Shown here: in pieces, positions 13,401 to 21,876 of the stretch | Layout of the letters: each line of letters begins with the position of its first letter | How positions within the stretch are numbered: the first letter of the stretch is position 1 | Source: Phoronis australis | Taxonomy: Eukaryota > Animalia > Phoronida | Direction: 5' to 3' | Length of the DNA: 33,373 nt | Assembly: GCA_002633005.1 (NCBI GenBank) | Contig: NMRA01001258.1 | Span: 1-33,373, forward strand | Program-made: the position numbers and the translations under genes | Notes under the pieces: model-generated | Database searches by the model: none | What the model was told of the DNA's origin: nothing | The model's input: the letters and a program-made list of their open reading frames with translations, nothing else

Positions 13401-14136
13401 TTGAGTCGAAACTATATTTTTACACAAGAATTCAAGTTGACCTATCGGCGATTGTGAGGCTGCGACGCATCAGACGGCAAGTTTTCGCACTGGGATTTTC
13501 TGAAAAATGTTCGTAATTTAACAACAAAGTTTGATAGAAATGCACTGCAATTTTGTAGAAACTATGTCATAGGTTACAGATGCGTCACAGAGTGTAAATT
13601 TGATGAATTCTCGCTTACGATTTCACCTGTTTCGGAGACTAGGTTTCAACTACTTTTGGGCTGTAAACGCCCCCTTCCCGAAACGAATTATTCTAAGTGC
13701 CCTGGGCTCTTATTAGAACGAATATGGTATTGCTCACAATCACTCTTATTCTTTTATTAGTAGTTGTTTTACTATGAAATCAGTATTCATTGGAAATTGC
13801 TTAATAGTGCTATCGATTATTCATTAAGCTTCAACACCATTTCTTACTAAGTTTTAAGCTTACTCAGAAGTAATTACTGTGAAAGGCAAGGTAATTCAAG
13901 CTTGGAATCAAATACACTGGTCAAGCATGTAGTGCATCTTGTGGAGTCCTTTGCATTATCCGTGTCATTCTTCCTTGAACTTTGGTGTTTATTTTTTATT
14001 TCATTGTTTCAGGATTAGTAAAGAGGATAGCTTATTAGAGGATGACATCGACATTCTGCTGGGTGATAATGATGACGATCATGAGCCGAAGAACGACGAT
14101 GACTTATTACAGGAGTTAGAAGATATGTTAACCTAG
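1405..14136 (+). CDS. ZC3H11A: ZC3H11A-like (zinc finger CCCH domain-containing protein 11A), 3' part, 7 coding exons; N-terminal CCCH fingers lie upstream of the window
   Basis: Exons 1405-1494, 2048-2119, 4366-4470, 5985-6040, 6618-7146, 11142-11322, 14013-14136 join in frame with GT-AG sites. SPLIEPILINPHDEESD resembles the SP..P(V/I)(V/L)IN-acidic block after the fingers; five I(H/R)(I/V)K(S/T)(L/F)(D/E)EI repeats; C-terminus DDDLLQELEDMLT* resembles the vertebrate ZC3H11A end (EDDLLLELSEMIDS, recalled). Confidence 0.85.
2048..2119 (+). CDS. ZC3H11A: ZC3H11A-like exon (ESDQESQGTPEKNHRLFASPSSSS)
   Basis: ttgcag|AA...TCAG|gtgagg, 72 nt, phase 1/1. Confidence 0.8.
2775..2990 (+). repeat. 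Dispersed repeat family A, copy 1
   Basis: AAGTATTCAGACAAAATGAGTCGTAATTCC and GCTGTTAACAGAATTAG blocks shared with 11551-11822 (-) and 11988-12270 (+). Confidence 0.65.
3003..3406. repeat. 39-bp minisatellite, ~10 copies, cut by N gap
   Basis: Unit ACTTGTTCTGTATGTGAGTGGAGTTGTATCATAACTAGT, nearly invariant. Confidence 0.97.
3684..4100. repeat. 29-bp minisatellite, ~14 copies
   Basis: Unit GTACAAGGTTAAGCACAGACAGTCCTGTT with scattered variants. Confidence 0.97.
4366..4470 (+). CDS. ZC3H11A: ZC3H11A-like exon (ASSNIGNKDSSGPIHIKSLDEIRREKALRTKGQST)
   Basis: tttcag|CC...ACAG|gtattc, 105 nt, first KSLDEIRREK repeat. Confidence 0.85.
5985..6040 (+). CDS. ZC3H11A: ZC3H11A-like exon (VSSEPISQVPSKKSKIQTQ)
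   Basis: pyrimidine tract + ccag|TC...ACAA|gtgagt, 56 nt; bridges the phase-1 donor at 4470 and the phase-0 acceptor at 6618. Confidence 0.8.
6618..7146 (+). CDS. ZC3H11A: ZC3H11A-like large exon with four K(S/T)(L/F)(D/E)EI repeats
   Basis: ggtag|GAT...AATG|gtaggt, 529 nt; matches ORF 6636..7163. Confidence 0.88.
8213..9634 (+). mobile_element. Helentron-associated non-autonomous element (HINE/DINE-1-like) with internal tandem array
   Basis: Begins after T-run; 5' palindrome ATGCGCCCACATAT/ATATGTGGACGCAT (8213-8242), GTCY microsatellite (8256-8273), ~146-bp repeats, 3' subTIR GTGGGCGCAT (9600-9609), hairpin CAACGC-tct-GCGTTG (9612-9626), end CTTGTT. Confidence 0.85.
9990..10130. repeat. 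Second copy of the dispersed repeat end seen at 1-76
   Basis: CCACCCAT.AATTTTTATTTC...CACACAGATTTTACTGGAACAGCCCT shared. Confidence 0.65.
11142..11322 (+). CDS. ZC3H11A: ZC3H11A-like exon (GVPVSSPVIPNKRRLKLKKP...HLES)
   Basis: atacag|GT...CAAG|gtatta, 181 nt, phase 1/2; basic NLS-like KRRLKLKK. Confidence 0.8.
11551..11822 (-). repeat. Dispersed repeat family A, copy 2 (inverted)
   Basis: Reverse complement AAGTATTCAGACGAAAACGAGTCGGAATTCC...GCTGTTAACAGAATTAG. Confidence 0.65.
11988..12270 (+). repeat. Dispersed repeat family A, copy 3
   Basis: AAAGCATTCAGACAAAATGATCAGGAATTCC...AAGAATTCATCATGAAGGGAAAACGGTATTTT. Confidence 0.6.
12386..13727 (-). mobile_element. Non-autonomous TIR DNA transposon (TA target, Tc1/mariner-pogo-like CCGTA ends) carrying decayed HIRAN-like ORF, copy 1
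   Basis: TA|CCGTATTCGTCCTAATAAGCGCC ... GGCTCTTATTAGAACGAATATGG|TA (20/23 match); frameshifted minus-strand ORF ~12499-12760. Confidence 0.88.
14013..14136 (+). CDS. ZC3H11A: ZC3H11A-like last coding exon (ISKEDSLLEDDIDILLGD...DDDLLQELEDMLT*)
   Basis: tttcag|G, phase 2, TAG at 14134-14136; family-type acidic C-terminus. Confidence 0.88.
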
Positions 14137-14515
14137 CTGTTAACTCTCACATTGTCCGTTGGAATTTGTTGGAACATTCACAACATTCGTTAGCCGTTCA
14201 ATTTTTATACGATAACTGACAAGTTGTTTTGTGCTACTCCTGTTGATGTCCATGTTTTGAAGTATCTGAACTTATGAATCATGATCAAATGGTTTTGACG
14301 TCTTGTTCTAATGCCAACCACTTATTATATGTGTTCATTGTTTTCCTCACTGAGTACTATTGTTAATGGAATACATTGGATGTTGTACTTGGTCTTGTTA
14401 AAGTTTGTCTTTTAATCAATAACATGAACAATGATGTCCTTATGGTGTTTTGATTGATGCCATTGCATCATCACTTACGGCAGATTCAATTTCAGACCTA
14501 TGCATTGCTGAAATT

Positions 14516-14870
14516 TAGGAGTGGGACGATACACATTTTTAGGAATTCGATTTAATTTTTAAGGAGGAATTTGATTTTTTCAATGTCAAATTGATTGGTC
14601 TATTCAAATGTAAGTAAGTAACCTACCTCACTTACCAATTTTTTCAAAACATGTTAAATATGAAAATATTCCAACTTATGACTGATCCCAAGGTGTATAT
14701 TTATTCAATATCTCAATTATAATACTCTTCAAAAGATACTGATAAGTCATTAATTTGTAAGGCACCTGGAGGCAGAAATTAGATGTATGAATTGAATGGA
14801 AATAGGCCTTGGTTGTCGATATTGAAATTGGTCGCTCTCACATCACAATTTGATTTATCGCTGTACCCTT
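14516..14870. mobile_element. Possible old hAT-like MITE remnant
   Basis: Starts TAGGAGTGGGACGATAC, ends TATCGCTGTACCCT; weak TIR match only. Confidence 0.3.
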
Positions 14871-15789
14871 CTCAAAATAATTGCATTTGACTTGTGATTT
14901 TTGTATGGGTTGTTGGAGGAGTTCATACTTGTACCAAATGTTGACGACATCTGCAAAACAGTGGAGAAAACTGCTGAATATTTCCGATTCTGCTGCATTG
15001 TGTTCTCATTTGACTCCAGCATATTTTTGCCTTTACACTAAGTGTGAAGTACATAATAATTGTCTTCGTAATGGGCATTTACTTGGAATCTTTTGTACTT
15101 CTAGTATTCCACAAGTATTATACAATTAGAAGAAATTAGTATTGTAAGAAAGACTTGCTCAAGATCTATCAATAGGGATAGGAAACATTTTTCTAAACTG
15201 AGGATTAAGGCACTTTCTTCAATTTAGGACTCCCTAAGATGGACAGGTGGAAAACTGTCAATTTTATTTTATTGCAAAAACAAAAAGTTAGTAAATTTCA
15301 TATCTCTAATAGCGGCATGGTTTGTGCTGTTTAGCCATCGAGGATTTCAACAATGTGATTGGCCTTTGAAAAAAGAAATTTAGCAACTTATGTTCCATGT
15401 CCGTCATTAAGATTTGGTTTATTTTGAATTTTTATTATGTTTTACCAAGTGAACCATGGAATCTGACTGTAGTACAGGTAATGTATAAAATAACAAGTGT
15501 GAAGTATTTTTTCAAAATATTTGTTCAAAAATGTTCAATATTTGCACATACAACATAGAAATAAGCCAGACCAGTAGCGAATATTTGTAACCATTGAAAC
15601 AGTCACTCTCGCCTAAAAGGCTACTTCTATTCTCCACTTGCCAAGAGCAAATATCAACATCACGCTGTCTGTTTACAGCATGTTTAGCACCAAGGTAATA
15701 TGGTCTTGTCACCATAACGACGTACAGCTGGCAAGAATATATGGAAATACCATCTCACACTGCCACGCTGCATCTGTAGTTCACTATCC

Positions 15790-15982
15790 TCAATAATACA
15801 ATTTTAGATACGCCAGTTTCCTGTTGTATCTTTTCGCCTCTCTCGTACTCAGCAATTTGTTTGTATTCTGTCCAATTGTGCTCTGTATTTCTACAGGGGG
15901 CATAAGTACAGGAGCCCCTCCAAAGGATTGGTGCCACTGGACGTGTCTGTTCCTGGAGATATCGTGCTCGTATGTACCAGCA
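15790..15982 (-). CDS. PIFO: PIFO last exon (AGTYEHDISRNRHVQWHQSFGG...RKLAYLKLYY*)
   Basis: ttctag|T acceptor, TGA stop; minus-strand AATAAA downstream near 15431 and 15263-15273. Confidence 0.9.
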
Positions 15983-18900
15983 CTAGAAAGGAAAAAGAAC
16001 ACATAAGTTCAATTGAAAAATTACATCTTAGTAACAAGAACTGATTGAGTAATTGAGCCTTTTGCAGTGTTGTGGGTTAGACGGTTACCATGGTTACTAC
16101 ATTCAAGAGTAATCAAAATCATTGAAGCTGCTGAATGAACCAGTCTTGTGTCAAAATTAACTTTTAAATTCATACCACTGATAATAATTCTAAAACTGAT
16201 CTCGGAGAACGTTGATCAGTGCTCACCCGGGTGATGCCTCTTCGATATCTTTCTTGAAGACTGGAAATCTGTCGGAAGCGTGTAGGAATGGTTTGTACGT
16301 TGGTGTGAATTCTCGCAACTTGTTCAGATCTTCTTGGTACTCCTGGGGGCTGGGCGTTACTTCTATGAACTCCTTTCTCATGCGTGGGGCTGTCCGCGCC
16401 CCCATTGTGTACCCCCGGGAGCTTGTCAATTTACTCTTCACTTGGAACTCCAGATTTGTAAACTAAAATAAAATCGATTGCAATGATATGATAAATGAAA
16501 TACTATCAGTTTGGAATTGCACGTAGGGCAGGTTATGAAATGCGAAGAATCAAAACATGCACTAACTATAAGGGACAATAATGCTTAATTTCTAATTTCG
16601 TTATTCAGAGTTGCAATTTACAAATGTAAAAGACCATAATTGTGAGCACTAATTTTAAGAATGACAGTGCTAGTGAAGTATCTTAATACAGTGCCATCTT
16701 TGAAAAAATATTAGTTTAGTTCACATTTTGAGATGGAATCCTTTGATAGTTTTTTGAATCAAGGATGTGATCATTTCAAATTAATCAATAGGTTGAGTTC
16801 AGTGAATATTGCAAAGGGAAGATTCCCTCCAGTAAATATGATTTTATTCAAATTTAAATTTTGTAAATTTGGATGAACCTTACAATTTACAAATTTCAAA
16901 GTTTTGGTTTTGACTGAATGGAAATCACTTATCAGAGACAAATGGTTACTTAATGTCAAATACTTACATTTTCATTATCGTATCGCCCTGGACCAGTCTG
17001 TGGAAATCCTTTAACAGGTTTCACTTCATTTCCAAATCTGTCCGGCGCCATGTGTAGAGGAAAAAGTTTCCTGTCTTGTACTGTGCCAAAGGAAACCTTG
17101 GTCTTTTTTTCATCTAAAACAATAACATTGAAACATAAAACGACTTGACATAAATCGCAATATTAGACTGATCAGTACTACACCCTTGTACTAAAATAAA
17201 CTAAAAAATATTGGTTACATAATAACAATTGCCACTATTAACCTATACAGTGGCGGATTTAGAGGGGGNATTCTGGATCCCTACCTGTGCAATAAATCAC
17301 AAATTTACAGAGACTCACTATTTTATTATAATTTTACTCATTCATTTTTCCAAACTCTTACCTTGAAATCCACAGTTGATGATCAACTTGATTAATTCCT
17401 TATGGTAAAGTTTCAATTGAAGATGCATTTTTGTGTTCATACTCTTATGACCTTACAGGGATCCAACTACAACCCAGTGTCTAATCTAAAACTAAACATT
17501 CTCAATGTATGTTACCATGCTATATCTAAGTGAACAAGACATTCTCAATGATGTTATATCTAAATGAACACACAAACTAATTTTTATGATAGTTTCTTTG
17601 CTTTAGTACAGTTTTATGGTACATTACCGTGACAATCTATACAAAATTAGATGAATTTTTATTGCTGCCAGGCCTATAAGAAAGTAAAAAATTATGGAGG
17701 GCATACAGAGAGATCATAGTCTACAATCAGATCTCCATCACCCAGAGGCGGATCTACAGGGGGGGTTCAGGGGATTTAAACCCCCCCCCTCGAGACAGGA
17801 TCAAAAATAAAAACTGGAAAAAAAATCGCCAGAAAAACGAAATTAGGTACTAAAAATCCCAAAAAATCTTACACGGGAGGAGGGAAACCCTCTCGCGACC
17901 TTCCTTCTCCTCGGCGCTACGCGCCTCGGATTCTTTCGAATCCTAAACCCCCCCCTTACTGAAATCGTAGATCTGCCACTGTCACCAGTCATCCCAAATT
18001 TTTCAATTGGCCTTCTCTCGATATCACCCAAGTGTTACGCCTACAGAAGAAGTATATCTAGGACAGGTGACTTTCTATTTGCAGTTTTGCTGCAAAAGTG
18101 CCTTTTTTGACAAAATTCCCAACAAAAGGGTTCATTTTTCCAACAAAATTCCTTACACAAGTGGTCACTTTCGGAACTTGTATTTCTTGTTTTCAACTAC
18201 GGAAATTGATAAAAAGGTTTTTAAAGTCAACTATGTTTTAAAATTTTGGTTTAAAAGATGTACCAATTTTTGACAGCATGGCATCTCTTCTTGTATGTTG
18301 CTTAAAGCTTAATTGAGTAAAATTCAATGCAGCTGTTCAAGATTCCCTACAATAGCTTTATGGCTGCAGCCATGATTTCATGCAAGCTAACTTCAAGCGG
18401 GCCCCATTCTTCCAATCCATTCTCTTCATGGCTACCGGTATTCTAATTTTCACCCTGTACCCCAGTCAGTACCTCCATCATTATACACATCTTTCCTATG
18501 TAATTAAAACACATTCTTGGGGGAGCATGAGTCCAAGGCCACCATGTTTCCATGGCACTGGCAAAATCAGTTCTAACTCTGGTGCAACAGCACAGCACCA
18601 TTCACTCTTAAGTATTTGCCCACAGTTCAACACATGCTTCTTCAACAGTAATTCATCATTGTAATGCAGACAAACTTGTACCATTGCGATGTTGACACCA
18701 CGAAGTTTGCAAAAAGGGAAATCAGTGCTGGATGCCAGTGTACAATGTTGTTCCCTTATTAAACCGATGCTTTCTGTCAAAAATCTGGCATTAATTTAGC
18801 TCACTTACCATTTGATTTTGTCTTAATTATTATGTTACATTCTCAAATTATTTTTGAGATCAAGCACCTAAAATTTCATGTCACAACGTGATCTGAAATT

Positions 18901-19219
18901 TTACGAGCTTGGTAAAAATGACGAACTGAGTGTCACTTCTTTTCATTGAGACCTACTTCATCTTCAGTTCGATAGAGTAGGGGAAGTGGTCTAGTAAATC
19001 AAAAGTTAGCTTTTTATGTAAAGCAGGTTAAATGCTTGACCTTTGACTAAATTACTAATTTTTAAGATTGTAATGTGTATGCTGAATGATGCGATAACCT
19101 CCCTTTGGCTTTAGTACAAGTGGCCAACGTACTGTCTGAAATGCAATTTTCTCATTGACATTGCTCCATTGAGGAAAACATAAAAAACAATACTTACTAG
19201 TTAGTCCTAAAATCTCCAT
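15790..19219 (-). CDS. PIFO: Protein pitchfork / ciliary microtubule-associated protein 3 (CIMAP3), 4 exons, 198 aa
   Basis: Exons 19219-19198, 17113-16968, 16462-16227, 15982-15790 sum to 597 nt in frame. Motifs SFGT..RKLFP, TGPGRY, TSSRGYTMGARTAPR, TPSPQEYQ, SPGAGTY and terminal RKLAYLKLYY* parallel vertebrate pitchfork (SFGT, TGPGCY, GYAIGARTA, PGPGTY, RVAYxxLYY; recalled). Confidence 0.88.
16227..16462 (-). CDS. PIFO: PIFO exon 3 (FTNLEFQVKSKLTSSRGYTMGARTAPR...EEASP)
   Basis: ttttag|TTT...CCGG|gtgagc, 236 nt; overlaps ORF 16223..16441. Confidence 0.9.
16968..17113 (-). CDS. PIFO: PIFO exon 2 (EKKTKVSFGTVQDRKLFPLHMAPDRFGNEVKPVKGFPQTGPGRYDNEN)
   Basis: ttttag|AT...AAT|gtaagt on minus strand, 146 nt; absent from ORF track. 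Confidence 0.88.
17248..17287. mobile_element. Collapsed hAT-like MITE spanning N gap
   Basis: CAGTGGCGGATTTAGAGGGGG-N-ATTCTGGATCCCTACCTG; left end resembles 17743 element. Confidence 0.5.
17743..17981. mobile_element. hAT-like MITE with 5-bp TSD
   Basis: TIRs CAGAGGCGGATCTAC / GTAGATCTGCCACTG, flanked by TCACC on both sides; internal G/C runs. Confidence 0.85.
19198..19219 (-). CDS. PIFO: PIFO first coding mini-exon (MEILGLT)
   Basis: ATG GAG ATT TTA GGA CTA ACT A|gtaagta; strong donor, phase 1 matches next exon; not conserved so start is less certain. Confidence 0.6.
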
Positions 19220-19299
19220 GATACTTTCTAAAAGACTTGCACAATGATTGGGTCGTGATCAGACAACAAATGAGCTTCAGACTGATACGCAGCACTAGT

Positions 19300-21300
19300 A
19301 TATTGTCTCTACAACACGTTTCTAGGCTCGTTGCTACAACACTGCAATTTACGACAATGCGATCGATTTACGACTGCAGTAGGCTACGTCATCCTACTCT
19401 CAAGGTCAAGCGGATCCGACGTGCGTCGTTGCGTAAAAAGATGACTGTAGTAAAAATAGTGTTGCAATTAATCGATTCTAGCAAACAAATAAAACTCACA
19501 TTTGCCAGATTTGGCGCAATAACAAAAGCTGGTTCATATTTATTGTCAAACCACTGAAATCCTGACAACGATCGTTGATTGGCTGATATGCCATTGACGT
19601 GATGGCGGGACATCGACTGCCTTTTCATAGTGTTAGGCCTATATTCCTGCCCTGCCATATTATAACATTGAGTTGAAACAGTTTACATCATATTTTAGCA
19701 TCGTACCATTGGTCTTGTTTTTTTTACTATTTTCCATAGTCAGTGCGCGCACCCCGAAGGGGGGGGGGAGGGGGTTGGGCTCGGGGGCCAATTCATTGCT
19801 GGCGACGGAACCCTCAGTCCTAGCTCCGCCGAAAAATAGTGAAAACGAGACTCATGTTCACTAAAGAGCCGGGCAGGAACTACCAAAAGTCGGCGAATGC
19901 ACAATTCATAGCTCCTCATTTTTAGGCTTCGGCGGCGGGGTGCGTGCATCGGATCAATAGCGAGAGTTTGCTATGCCTTCATGGCAAGCCAGGGCTGGTT
20001 GTTCGTTTAGTTTTCGAGTCTTCTAGTAAGGTGAGGGACATCGCATATTCGGCATCGGTTGCCCTCGCCTTGGTGGAACAGCTGAGATATTCGCATCCGA
20101 CATCCCCGGACATTTTCTTGCGACTTCAGTGAGTGAAATATCCTAGATGAGAGGCGCCAATCTCGTAACGTGCCCAAACTCAGCTTTCGCGGGTTATTTT
20201 GGTCTAGTGCGACGGGAAATTTGTGCATCGATTTTACTGGTCTGAAAAAAATCGGCATTGAAACCCGGAAGTTCACTCTTCCAATAATAAAACTCTTCAA
20301 GTGAGTTCTTTTAGCAATGCTACTGGTCGTGTAATATGCCGCAAACTTCAATCTTCAGTGCCTACTCAGTGTTTTGTCTTCTGCTTACACATCCACTACT
20401 CAGTAGCACTGAGCGGCACATAACACGGGACAATTAATTTTGGATTCAGGGTTCACGTAAGGCTAAAAACATTATAAAAGCGTATTGAAGTTTACCCGGT
20501 CCGATGTCGCTTTCAGAAACGTTGCTTTGAAAAATTTTCAAAGTTTCCAGAAATGTGTCGTTTATTGGCCATTTCAACGGTTAGGCGGTTTGAATTTTTT
20601 CATCCAAACTAAATATCGTTGCCCCAGTTGTGTCGCGCTTTCAGAAATTTTGCATTCATCGGGTTGAAACTGAAATATTTAAAGTCCCCAGAACTTTATT
20701 GGCCATTTGTGTCGCTTAACCGGTGCTGTGTAGGCCTACTGCGGGGTCAAGTGCCAGGAGTGATCATATGATCGCGGACTCGGATGCCCCTTGCAAGCAC
20801 AAGCTGCGACAGCTGCTATTAAGTCGTGTCCCTGTGCACATTTTTGTCTAAGCGCACTGAGTGGTCTGTCCGCATGGTTTGAAATCCGCCCGGCCCCGCA
20901 GTCGGGGGGACCGCATGCGCGCACCCAGCCTTGAATTTCTGTCTATGTGGACCTTTTTTTTTCGGCTGACAAAACAATGACTTAGATTAAGATCGAGGCG
21001 ACTCCTTAGTGACTCGATGTGCGTTTGCAGTTTAACCCTATTATGCCACTGTTGGAAACAACTACGCAATAACTCATGTTCACCATTCGACTCAGCGAAA
21101 ATTTACTTAAAATTAAGTTGCACACGCACATGAGTGAACTTGGAATAAAAGTCCCGCCACTTTATGAGTTCACATACAACACGACAACTACTCATTACAC
21201 CGGCAGGTGGCGTGATTGACCGGTAGATAGCGTGACAGTATGCGGTGTTTCGTGCGTTTCGTTTTTATCATAACAGGTACTTAAACTACGTTTGCGCTTT
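19300..21300. promoter_or_regulatory. CpG-rich divergent promoter region for PIFO (-) and GTF2H1 (+)
   Basis: Visible rise in CpG/GC versus flanks; ETS-type CCGGAAGT (~20265), NRF1-like CCGCATGCGC (20911), inverted CCAAT boxes, RFX half-site GTTGCTA (19330), candidate donor AAG|GTGAGG at 20030. Confidence 0.65.
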
Positions 21301-21611
21301 GTAAATATCTTAGAATTTAATTCAATACTCATTAACTGAGGACTATGACATTCCAGTCTCAAACGGAACAGTATGCAAAAAATATCCTAGCATTTTCAAA
21401 GCTTGAAGAAACTTCGTTCAGCCAGCGATTGCCCTGGCTTTTTTGGCTTGGCTTTTCTGACTGAGTATTACCTTACCTATTGGACTATTGGCTACCTATC
21501 ACCGCATCCAGCTAGCTGTTAGCACTTAGAAGTCTAACATCAAAGTACAGTTTGGAACTGTTGTGTATGTCAACCTCAATTGGGCCTCAAAATTTCTCAC
21601 CGATCTGCTTT

Positions 21612-21731
21612 GGCACTGGTCGGACATAGCGGTCCCTGATTTAGAGAACCAATTTCATCCCAAATAACGGGCCGGTTATTCATTGATTGCCTAGTTCACT
21701 AAATCGGGGACCGCTGTATCCGACCAGTGCC
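21612..21731. mobile_element. 120-bp foldback MITE (38-bp inverted arms)
   Basis: GGCACTGGTCGGACATAGCGGTCCCTGATTTAGAGAAC vs GTTCACTAAATCGGGGACCGCTGTATCCGACCAGTGCC, 34/38 match. Confidence 0.8.
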
Positions 21732-21876
21732 CTTGCTATAGTTATGTTTGTCACTTTGTCATGAAACGCATGTTGAGTTAACGGGCTGTAGTGTATGCAA
21801 AATCTGGAAGTCACCCAACCCTCATCTTGCCCATTACAGTCATAAATTAAGTGCCATTAATGCCATTTTACCGTGT

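Noticed and set aside
14137-15789. Overlapping 3' UTRs of convergent ZC3H11A and PIFO
   Set aside because: AATACA (~14370) with downstream GT-rich tract could end ZC3H11A and minus-strand AATAAA near 15431/15270 could end PIFO; no overlap required.
18808-18870. Alternative PIFO first exon ending ATG|GTAAGT
   Set aside because: Phase 0 does not fit the phase-1 exon 2; the compatible frame has a stop.
19759-20114. Telomerase RNA (G-rich 5' end, AACCCTCA, terminal ACA-TTT)
   Set aside because: Template mismatched to CTAACCCTAA, no U-rich/A-rich pseudoknot, no ANANNA H box.
20681-20930. RNase MRP (AAAGTCCCC), 7SK (paired GATC) or U1 3' end resemblance
   Set aside because: P4 partner GGGGCT and GARAR loop missing; GATC spacing wrong and no GGATGT/ACATCC closure; no U1 5' end ATACTTACCTG.
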